Shown here: piece by piece, positions 13,201 through 22,946 of the stretch
Layout: every line of letters begins with the position of its first letter
Numbering within the stretch: the stretch's first letter is position 1
Source: Haplodiscus bocki
Lineage: Eukaryota
Direction of reading: 5' to 3'
NCBI GenBank assembly: GCA_965655095.1
Contig: OZ296652.1
Coordinates: forward strand, 66,650,001 to 66,714,000
DNA length: 64,000 nucleotides
Program-made: the position numbers and the translations under genes
The notes under the pieces: generated by a model
What the model was told of the DNA's origin: nothing
The model's database searches: none
The model's input: only the letters and a program-made list of their open reading frames with translations

Positions 13201-13697
13201 ACCCACGTTTGGAAGCAACCTCACAGTTGTTTATAAAGACACCGACTCCTATTTGTACCGCATTCAAACAGACGACTTGTACTCAGACATGGAATCCTTC
13301 GAGAATTTGCTCGACCTGTCTGATTATCCGAAAACGCGTTATAGGATCCGACCACTAAAAAGTTCTCACAATGAAAGACGAATTGAATGGAAAAGTGATG
13401 CTTGAGTGCACCTGCCTTCGTTCAAAACTTTATAGTATAAAGTTTCCTACCGATTTGAAACAGAGCGCCAAAGGAATCCAAAACGTTGTCAAAAAAACTT
13501 TACATCACGATTTTTTTTGCTAAAATTCTGGCGAAAAAAAAACAACATTGAAAGATCTGCGGCTCAAATTCAGTCTCAGCAGCATCAAATTATGATAACT
13601 CGAATAAAAAACTGCTTTGAGTGCATTCGACGAAAAACGTTTTCTTTTGGAAGGTGGAGCTCAATCCCTTGCTCACGGCAATTACTCCCTCAACTAA
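10250..13697 (+). pseudogene. Protein-primed family B DNA polymerase (pPolB), multiply frameshifted
   Basis: SGWVLEKL, FHNLSRYD (exonuclease), KFLDSF, DVTSLYA (motif A), KLLSEACFSK (motif B), YKDTDS (motif C), ALSAFDEKR...AHGNY C-terminus; start approximate. Confidence 0.92.
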
Positions 13698-13774
13698 ACA
13701 AGTACTACATAACATTTCATCATTGAATTTGCAACTTTTCAGAAGTATCCTAACTTTCTCGTGTTTTTCCAGAT

Positions 13775-14250
13775 TTGTCCAGCGCTTGCATGGAGTCAGA
13801 AAGGTCTGACGACAATATGGACGCGACGACGGCGACAGTATCTCCTGATATATCGCCATCGTACAAGGAACCCGCAAAAAGCGAGCAGGACATTGATTCC
13901 CATGTGTCAAGTTCTGCTAGTTTCTGTACGGCTCCAAATTTTTATTTTGTCGTTTTGTTCATGATTTTGTTTTTGATTACGTTTTACCTTTTAGGCTCAA
14001 TCGACCCTGAATTCACTCTGAGATCTGACGATGACGATGAATTGTCATGATGCAACATTGTAGATTTTGAGAATCTTTCAAATTTTGGCGATGATGATGC
14101 CGGTTGTACACGAGCGAAATGTCCTTTTATTCTTAGTGAAGTCGAAGAGGAACACGGACCAAATACTCACCACAGTTCTGATGACAGTTTTGGCTCTACT
14201 ACTACTGCTACTCCTCACGATGACGACGACAACGAGATGGGCGTGGTAGC
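13775..14250 (+). pseudogene. Polinton acidic low-complexity protein, probable intron 13926-13994
   Basis: D/E/S-rich frames on both sides of a T-rich GT...TTAG segment. Confidence 0.35.
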
Positions 14251-14775
14251 GGAGCAGGATGTGGAAAACCAGGAAACTTGAATTAGTCATACAGCTACAA
14301 ATTTATAATCGGTCTCATAATGGTGATTGGTTAAACGCGCCAGCATTAGTTCACCAACTATCTTCTTTGGCAATGTTTCTGCTATCTTTTTTGATGTGGA
14401 AGGTAGATGATGTGCCATCAATATGCAATATAGTCCACAGCAGTTGGAGAAGCGACTCTGAAAAGGATGGTTGAAAGCAATAATTTTGTCTCACAAACAA
14501 GGTAGCCTCATGTAAAGTTTTTTGTTAGGTGTTTGTTTTTTCCCTGAACTGTCCCAAAATACAAAGACCGCTTTTCGGCGTCGAGCAAAGTCTTTTTGTG
14601 TGCAAAGTAGGATCCAGCATCGCCCAGGCCTACAGCTAACTTCCTATTCACTATTTGAAATGATTCTCTGTTTCATTGCAGGAAAGTTCTCAGCACTCCA
14701 CAAAATGTTTTGCTCAAAGGATTGCATCTCTTAGCTAATTGCTCCAAAGTGACATCGTCCATACTCCGCACCCAT

Positions 14776-16095
14776 TTAATGAAGTAGTGAGTTTTTGGCA
14801 AAGCTCCGTTGCGAATCAATGAAAATTTGACTGAATCGTTCGGCAATTGCAAAAAGTTCAACTGTCTTTTCCAGTGCTTGTTCAAATGATAGTTTCCAAG
14901 TGAGACTGCCTCCAGTGAGCTCGGGGAACAATGTGAGGCTCTTTGACGCCTCCCTCGTAGAAATTAGGTCGAACACCAGCACAAAATGGTCCTCAAAGTT
15001 CTTGAACTTGATGCCGTTTCCTCCAGAGCCAGCTGCAAAGCCCAAACAACAAATTGTGTTGTAGTAGGCTCTCATTCATCCATTCCTTCATGTCGAGAGC
15101 TGTGCCAGGTACTGGGACACCATTTCCGCGGATAATCTCGAGCCGCTCTAATCGAAATGTTTGATAGTGTAATGCATCCATGTTGCTTCTTCCGCGGAAC
15201 TGTTCGTTGGTTGTCATGCAAAGGGTGAGTCTTCTAACTGATTCCGTTCCAAACAAGTTCTCCTTGACAAAACTGTTCTGACCAGTTTGAATGATGAAAC
15301 TTTTGTTCATCATTTCAATGTAGGGGTAAAGTACCGGTGCGTTCAGAAGTGCCCTCTCTATCGACGAACGTACAGAATCTTTAACAATCAATTTCGTCGA
15401 ACAACGATGCCCTTTCAATCACGGGCACAAACTTGTCTTCACTTGTGGCCACAGACGTCAGTGCAAAGTCACTACTCGACCTATGTAGGCGTAGATGGAG
15501 CGTCACCCCTGTCAATATCACATTTTCGAACTCAAAGAAGTTTATATGCGGCGCCCCAACAAGTTTCAGCTTGTTTTTGTTCTTGCTATTGTTCATCATT
15601 TCCTCAATCCACTCATTCACACTTTTTCCGTTACTTTTGTCGGCTTGATATTGGTAGCCTTGGGTTTCGGCCCATGTGGCTTTGGCATCTAAGTCCGTAG
15701 TCCTTTCCGTTTCGACAAAATCAGAATGATGGAAAGCATTTTTTTGCTTGAGGAAATCAGCATGTCATTCAAAAATAACAGTTGGTGAAGCTCACTGGTG
15801 ACAAACCTTGTGCGGATGTTTTGCCGCCCGCCTCGTGAAGAGCACCTTCCAAATCCAAATTAATTTTGTTTAGGTCAAACAAATTTCGGTTGTAAGACGT
15901 GACTACAAAATCAAATTGTGGCCCACGGCATCCTACTTGAGGAAAAACTTCTTGGTCGTGGGAGCCCTCGTAGTTTATCAATACTGATGGTCGCTCAAAA
16001 AAGTCCAAAGCACTGTGATTAACAGGTTCTGCCACCTCACTTGCTCCCCCGTGAAAGTGAATAGAGTTGCTGCTGCTACTACTACTGCCGTTCAT
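14776..16095 (-). pseudogene. Polinton major capsid protein (double jelly-roll), frameshifted
   Basis: ALDFFERPSVLINYEGS...EVFP...GPQFDF N-terminus; LHLRLHRS; YPYIEM...SFII; LVFDL C-terminus; typical Maverick MCP pattern. Confidence 0.8.
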
Positions 16096-16096
16096 C

Positions 16097-16554
16097 GTTA
16101 TTGTCCGCCACCGTTGAGTTTCATGTTGGCCAAAATGTCAACCCGACTTCTCTTTCACTTCTTTTTGCGAGAAAAGACCTGGTCTTTGGCGGCGGCAGAT
16201 TTGCGGCGACTGGGCGTCGGCGGCAAACTACCACCATCTGTTTCGAGCTTCCTTTTCCTGGGGCCTGACGGCCCTCCGCCGCGGCGCGAGTTTTTGCCAA
16301 AGCTCTCTTTGTGCCATCTTCAATGGCTCTCTTAAACTTCTTTTGCCTAGAATTAGACTGACAACTTCAGGTAAAGCGGCCTCTAACACATTTTGTCCGA
16401 CTTGTTTCACAAACGGGCCCACAAACTTTTTCAGCAGGGGCATTGCTGGGCGCCTCACTCGCAGAGCAAAAGCGCCGATTCCTGCGCCTGAACCAAACTG
16501 TCTTGTGGGACCTTGAAAGGTACTAGCCATTTGAGATGCATAAAAATTGTCCAT
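16097..16554 (-). pseudogene. Polinton small basic virion/core-like protein
   Basis: MDNFYASQ...RQFGSGAGIGAFALRV...PLLKKFVGP...VGQNVLE plus R/K-rich tail; matches the QxGxG-IG amphipathic ORF found next to Maverick capsid genes. Confidence 0.6.
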
Positions 16555-16599
16555 TTTTTTCGGTTGGCGGAGCAGCAAAACGCACACGCAACAACTGCT

Positions 16600-17480
16600 C
16601 AGAAACCTGAATGTTGAGCAAACAATTTGCGGCGCCGAAAAGCTAGGGTAAAGTTAGTTCGGCCGATGTTTACGAAAGGCATCAACTGTCCACTCTCGTC
16701 GCACAGAGTAATGGTTATCAAGTCAAAATTTTTGTTTATTGGCTTCCATTGCAATTAATAGAACGCTCTTGAAGAAACGGCAGATCGTGTTCATGTATCC
16801 AGTGGGATGGCTCTCAGGATTGATGTTTGGGCGTCTCACAAAATTTCATTTTGAATCAAGCCATAGTACAAAAACATTGTGTGGCGACCGCCTTGTAAGT
16901 CTACTGGGTAGGTACCTTGTGCTGCTATGCGAGTCGGCGCTTGTTTGTTTTCATCACCGCCATCCATTGTGCAGCGAATGACTTCGATTATGCGCAATCT
17001 ACCGCTTAGGTCGTCAGATTTGAACAAGAGCAAAAATTGGTCTTAAAGTCTCTGGCGGCTGACAAAATCTGTAGCTTCTCTGTAACCGGAACAACTTGCT
17101 ACCATATGGACTGCGGCGGATCAATGCTGACGTCGTGATCACGCTACTTGACGTATACTTCGTCTAACAATTTTTTCACGATACTGTCAATCGTGGCATA
17201 GAAGCCGTCTGGTATTGATTGACTGTGCTGTGGCCTAATTGTTCTGTTTGTGACAGCATCGAATCGACTGATTGTAAAGGCTGCGTTTGTAATGTTTTTG
17301 ACTTTGGCCGGCCATGATGATTCCAACAATGCAACCTCCCACTCTCCTCCGAATAGCTCAACCTTTTGCGGCAATAGGATAGTGAATCGAGTCATAGTGT
17401 TGGTTGGAACCAATTGCATGGAAGCATTGGAAGCTGGGTTATTGAAAAACTGGTGATGTCCGACATCATCGAAGGAGCCT
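16600..17480 (-). pseudogene. Polinton minor capsid (penton-like) protein, disrupted
   Basis: ASNASMQLVPTNTMTRFTILLPQKVELFGGEWEVALLESSWP matches the LPSN..YP.NT...F...LP....L.G.WEVAL motif; C-terminal DESGQLMPF...FTLAFRR. Confidence 0.8.
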
Positions 17481-17485
17481 GCTGC

Positions 17486-18674
17486 CTAACTGTAGCGGAA
17501 CAAAACTAACTCCGGTTCAAAAAAGTGGCCCTCAATAATCTGACCACTTCTGTCGTTGATGTCGTACGACGGCGGGTTCAGTGTTGGATTTGCTAAAATT
17601 TCAAAAACTTCTTCGGTGTTTTGGATTTTGTAGCCTTTGTGGAACGTTGAGACGGGTAATCCTATCCGAAGTGTCACCAATTTTGTAGCGGGCTTAGTGA
17701 ACATAGTTTGCAATTGTTGACATAGAAACCAAGTATAGAACGTCGTGGATGGTAACGCTTTTTGGGGCGATCTTTATTGTTGGGACGGGAGTTGATGAGA
17801 CTGACAAAGCGTTGCAGATGATCAATGTACCGACTTGTGCTGTTTTCGTGTCGGAATTTAAACAAAATTGATTTGAAGGTCCTAATGTAGCGCTCGGCGA
17901 AGCAAGACTTCATCTCACTGTGTGTGCTATAAATGACAATGTCCTTTTACGCGCAGAACCGAGCGGAGTGACATTTGCTCTGCCCTTGTCCATCCGAATT
18001 TCTTCTGGAGGTTTTTTTCTTCAACATCTTTGGTAGAGCACATTTTGTGTGGCTAGAGGACTTTCTACCGGTTCTACTCCCAGAAATCGGCTGCGACAGT
18101 CGATAAAAACTAGCAGAAAGTTTGTACTGTCATTCCATCGCGCCAGCTGATGCATGTCCATTAAATTACCCGAGCAAACTTCCTTGATATGGCAGAACCG
18201 AACTTTTAAACGCGACAATTTGTTTCGATTAGCTCGAAACTTTGTGTATGTTTCGCTTTGTGATAGAAATTTCTCTACTTGTTTGCACGTTGTTCCTTTT
18301 GGTGCAACTTTGATCAATGCTTGTCGCCAGTCAAAAGCTGCTTTAATGTTGAGTGTGGTATAGAATTTTTGTAAACGCAAAAATGAAGGGTCGGCGCCAG
18401 CGACAAGTTGTTATTTTCGCACACCAAGTGCATCGAAAGTTGAGTGATTTATCGTGTTGATTTGGGCTGCTCGAGCCACTGCCTTTGAAATGCGCCCAGC
18501 CGCACGCATGACACCATTTTGTAGGGTTTTTCTCGGTGCTTTTTCCCACACCTTTCGAGCAGCAGTGACCTTCCACGGGAGGCCCCGGATTTGTCTCGAC
18601 TCGTGCGCGAACCAACAGTGTTCTAACACATTATGTCAGCCAGCGTAAACAACATTCAGAAACGATCAATCCAT
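17486..18674 (-). pseudogene. Polinton RVE (c-integrase) with N-terminal 2A-like peptide and PHD finger, frameshifted
   Basis: NLMDM...FLLVFIDCRSRF, KSCFAERYIRTFK, FHKGY...EEVFEI, GHFFEPEL; upstream VETNPGP and Cys/His pattern lead into the integrase across one frameshift near 18412. Confidence 0.85.
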
Positions 18675-19263
18675 GGGACTGTTGAGAACCTCTGATTGAC
18701 ATCTTTTCCTTGGACGTTTGCTATTATATGATAGCTAACTTCTTGCAGTGATGACAAAATATTCAAGGCAGTTTCGCTTAGTTTCTTGTTTGGTACTTGT
18801 AGGTTACTCAGAAAAGTTGAAAAGTTGGGAAATTCTCTCCAGTTGCACTGCCCTCCAACAGTATATCCAGCTGCTCATTGAGTGACAATTTTGAAATTTT
18901 GAAAGATGCTTGGAGTATGATTCGCGATCGCTCCAACTTGCTGCTGCTTAGACCCAACTCAATCAGTTTGGTGATGACCGATTGTATTTTTGTGTTTATG
19001 CTAATTGATACTGAACTTGTGTGTTGCGTTTCACTTGTCGGCTTCAGCCGATCCAGGACACTGAGTGAGGTTGTTTTGTTTGTTACCTCCATTGTTGTCT
19101 CTTGCACAGTTTCGTCTGCTTCGACTATTTCTTGCTTCAGCTGCAATTCAGAAAGCCTAATCCTTTTCATTTCCGGAGTTTTGTCGAAAGTGAACCGTTG
19201 CTCCTGGGCGTAATGTAAGTCAGCAGGAACAAGTACATACCTCTGGGCTGTTTTGTTGCTCAT
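18656..19263 (-). pseudogene. Polinton conserved hypothetical protein
   Basis: 151-aa ORF (MSNKTAQRYVLVP...) continuing after a frameshift to ...PWIDRF*; lies in the tightly packed ATPase-to-integrase gene run. Confidence 0.55.
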
Positions 19264-19579
19264 AGCACTGCAGCTTCAGGTATCGCAAGATTGAACTATT
19301 CAGCAGACGCAACAGACTGGTTCCTTGCTGTGAGGCGAGTAATTGTCTTTTGAGGCTCAACTGGATTCTGGTCGAACAAAGCTTCTCCGTAAGTTTGTTC
19401 TTGTTTAATGACTTACACTTAACGCTTTCCAGTTCGATTCGACCTCCGTTAATGTTGAAAATGCAGTTACAGAAAATTTTAATTATCTCATCACTGCAAT
19501 GCAAAATAAAATGCTTCTTTAGGATAGGTTTGAAAAATGAAAATGATTCAATTCTAATTAAATGTTGTGAAGGAATCAT
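19257..19579 (-). CDS. Polinton conserved small protein
   Basis: IIKIFCNCIFNINGGRIEL...KRQLLASQQG..LL resembles the ICEC..N.L.G......KR..L.Q.GG.L Maverick ORF; the end overlaps the next gene and is approximate. Confidence 0.6.
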
Positions 19580-20240
19580 TTAAGGGTATCACTTCATCGC
19601 TGGAGCTACAATAGAAAATGGCTAGTTTGGAGAGTATGGTTGAAGATAGACGTAGGTCCTCGTTCAAACGTGGATCAAGGTCAATGAACAAATTTCCAAA
19701 CTGCTCTTGTATTGCTCTGTTATATGCACTGAGCAAATTTTCGCGACATCCTGGTTGTCGCCCCAAACAATCAACTTGGTTAGTGTCGCTTGGGTTGCGA
19801 AGTAGTACCATTTGTGATACGTTCTAGTCTATCGTTTTCGAGTTGGGTGACTGCTGATACAAATTGTGCTTAAGAACTAACAAGCGTAGTTTTCGATGAC
19901 GTCCGGATATAGCTAAATTCAGAACTTCCTTCCCGCCACAGACGTCTTGAAAAACATCGTCGAATATCAAGAGAGTCTGTTTGTTGGTTGCTGTGACTTT
20001 GTCTAGCATGAGCCTGTCAACTCTTTGACAAAGCTGAAACGCTTCAGCGCCTAAGGCTATCTGCAAGTCTTGGTACAGTAGCTGAAGGTGATTGTAGAAA
20101 TACACAAATTTTTCAAAATTTGGTCTAAAAACTTCACGATCTTGATTCAATTATTGCAAGACCAGATGAGTCTTGCCCGAGCCGGAGAGCCCCACCACCA
20201 TCATGAAACAATGGGGATCGGTGCTAATGATTTTGTTCAT
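19554..20240 (-). pseudogene. Polinton packaging ATPase (A32-like)
   Basis: MMVVGLSGSGKT (Walker A), LLIFDD (Walker B), SGRH, HNLYQQ, RNPSD; internal stops. Confidence 0.9.
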
Positions 20241-20560
20241 TGCCTTGGCGAAGGTAAGATATACCCAAAGCACGCCGATATGACGGCAACTAGTGCTATG
20301 CTGCTTTTGTTCTCGTAGCTCTTGTTGCCGAAGAAGAGAAAGACGATGCTGGCAGAAACAAACAGCAGTATTATTCCGTAAAGTAGCAACAATACCAGAA
20401 GTGATCTCTCACACTGTTTCTCAATGCAGCAGCATGTGATTTGCCATGGAGGTCTTTCGTTTTCGGCGCTGTCGAAAATAATGCTACCACCTGTCACAAT
20501 GATGGGAGTGTCCGATTGATCAATTCCATTTTTACTGCAATTTTGAGAGGTGGTGGTCAT
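20237..20560 (-). CDS. Small two-TM membrane protein of the Polinton
   Basis: WQITCCC, two hydrophobic segments, GYILPSP terminus; stop overlaps the ATPase ATG (ATGA). Confidence 0.6.
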   Translation of the reverse strand: MTTTSQNCSKNGIDQSDTPIIVTGGSIIFDSAENERPPWQITCCCIEKQCERSLLVLLLLYGIILLFVSASIVFLFFGNKSYENKSSIALVAVISACFGYILPSPRQ

Positions 20561-22187
20561 TCGAAAAGTTGTATCGAGCAAGATAGTGGTGATTGTACTG
20601 CAGTGTCGAACAGATGCCTCTGTCAAATGAAGAAGCTCGTCGAATGTGAGTGGAGTCAACTGTCTTATCCTGTTGTTTGTTTGGGAGGCACACGACTCGT
20701 AGACAACTTTTTCGAGGTAGGGTTTATATTGGTTCTGCAAGTTGTATTAAATGTGCAACCTTGCGTTTTGCGATGTATTCAGAGTTTTGGTCGATAGCTT
20801 GAGAGTTACCAACTGACATCAGGGTGTTTTATGTTAGAATTGCAGGTTTCTATAGCTTTTGGACCTACAAAATTTGAAGTGAATCCAAAAAGACAGTCCT
20901 GCAAAGTGTCCGAGAAGCCAATTGTTTTTGAAAAGTGGCTTCTCTCCGAGAGTGTAGACGTAACCTGGTCCTAAATTGTATTGCCGCTTCATGAAACCAA
21001 AAGCGTCATGGAATGCGGAGTGAAGGTGAAACAATTTGAAACCTTTCAAAAGAGAATTTAGTTTACTATTCCTTGGTCCTATCAATCAGCCGTATTGACA
21101 CTAAGATTTGATCGGTTCCAAGTCTTTATTCGACTCAGTCACAAAACAAAGAGCAATAAAAGCGTTTTAGCTTGCTGGATCGCAAGGGGGAAATATTTGT
21201 GCTTGCAGAAAGCTCTGAATTACTTGGTCAATAAAATTACAATCGAGATACATGATTTAAACAACTGTTTCTTATCCAAAAATTTCATTAAATGAGTGCT
21301 CATAAAAGACGGTGTCTTCGTCAATGTATTTAAAGGTGTTTTGTGGTGAAGTGTCATTGCTATCAAATGTTTGAAAGCATTCCTCGCAGTTGCATTGTGC
21401 ATTCTTCACGTCGATAGAAACTGGCAAAATGGAACTGTGTTCTGTCGCCGTCAAAGTCCCGTAGTTGTTCTGTGCCAAAAAGTTGATAAAGTCTAGTACG
21501 CGTGCTTGAATGAATTGACTTGGTGACTTTTTTAGCTGCTCGAGTTGTTCCAGCACTCCCGTCTTTCTGAAAAAACTGCTCTCAGTAGATGCTGCCGTTT
21601 GACTTTTTTTCCCAAATGCAGTCAATATTACTCTTAAGGTTGCATTGTTTAATTGCGCTCAAATGAAGCTATATTGTTGTCCCATGAGTCAATAATGTTT
21701 TAGTCTTTCTCAAAAGTCTCCTCCAGAATACTGAACTACTCGCAGAAAACATTTCAACTTTCTAGTTGTTGTCTGGTCCGAATTGTTTCTTTCAGTGGCT
21801 GGTCCCATTGTTTCTTTGAGTGCCAAATTGAAGTTTTTTGATTATTTTGTCTATGGTCTTCGGGAATTTATTGCTGTAGAAAATCAAGTGATAGTGCATT
21901 CGCCCAATTTTATGACAAATGTCTTCTGAACGGTCACTGTCTCGCTCCGTTCTCAAATGCAGAGCCACTGAAAACTCCAAGTTTGAAAAAACGATGGCCC
22001 AATCGAGGAATTTTTCGACACTTTCGACCAGGTGGGGTGTTGTCATCAAGGGATTGAATTCTTTTATGGCCACTGGTTCTAGCACTTCTTCATCTGTTGA
22101 GTGCCACAATTTTTGTGTTTGTATCTCGTTGGTTTCGTATATCAGGTAGCGCATTCATTCACTGAAGCAATCTTTTCCTGATGACAT
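20561..22187 (-). pseudogene. Degraded HUH-endonuclease (Rep/NS1-like) protein with possible degenerate SF3 helicase
   Basis: RMHYHLIFY (HUH motif II, 21879-21896), downstream RVVQY (catalytic Tyr-like), G*LIGPRNSKLN (Walker-A-like, ~21060-21090). Confidence 0.5.
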
Positions 22188-22889
22188 TTTTGAAAATGAT
22201 CTCTAATGGCAAGATGCGTTTAAAAAGTAACTTGTGCGGAACTTGAAAGAGAATAACCTTACTATATTTAAACCTGCACTATTGATAAGGTTAAAATAGC
22301 TAGGAAAGTGACTTATTAGATAGAGAATGGTGCTAAATCCGTCACTTTGCCACATTTGATCGAGTTTATCAGACACTCTCCGACCTATTTTAGAGATGTC
22401 AAAAAATTCTCACGCCCTCCCATTGGATGTTTTTCTTGTTTAGGATGTCTTAATTCCTGAACGTATGACGATGTTCGTGTGATTTATGGCAAAGATTCGG
22501 ACATTTCTATTCAAATTTTGTTGGCTCTCGGTGTATTAATTACCCGCAACAAAATTATCTTCAATGTTTTATCTTCAACGTTTTTTATTTCTTGCTTTCT
22601 CAAAAAATTGGTTAGTTTCACAATTCCATCAAAACAGCAGTGTAATACAAGTGTTTGATCGGGCCTCGAATCGGGGTAATATGAGCTCAGAACTGCAGGC
22701 TTAAACACTTGTGCAACACTGCCTATCCTGTTTCATGTTCTGATTTTATTTGAGAAATTTCCCAAACGTCAGTAGTCATTGTTGGCAACGTCCAATTGTA
22801 TACATTGTTCTCACTGTAGCATAACTATGTCGATGTGTTGGGCATCTTTAATAACCTTTCTGCTTCGAAAATTGAATAAATTATTTGAA

Positions 22890-22946
22890 AAAATTTAGAG
22901 AGCCTTGAAGTTGTGTGGCAACCCCCCCCCCCCCAAATATACAACT
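22890..22946 (-). repeat. Polinton right terminal inverted repeat (core)
   Basis: Reverse complement AGTTGTATATTT(G)13TTGCCACACAACTTCAAGGCTCTCTAAATTT. Confidence 0.9.

Larger units (their letters stand above)
7694..22946. mobile_element. Full-length, decayed Polinton/Maverick (15,253 bp)
   Basis: Left end AGTAGT (7694), right end ACAACT (22941-22946), both flanked by the identical 6-bp TSD TATACA (7688-7693; 22947-22952); inverted termini; internal pPolB, capsids, integrase, ATPase. Confidence 0.95.

Noticed and set aside
13926-13994. Transmembrane helix FYFVVLFMILFLITFYLL in ORF 13775-14050
   Set aside because: Coincides with a T-rich GT...AG segment; more likely an in-frame intron read as F/L
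21086-22157. Alternative genetic code or Sec recoding in Polinton genes
   Set aside because: Frameshifts and TAG/TAA stops also occur, no SECIS was noticed nearby, and host genes use TGG for Trp and TGA as stop; decay explains it
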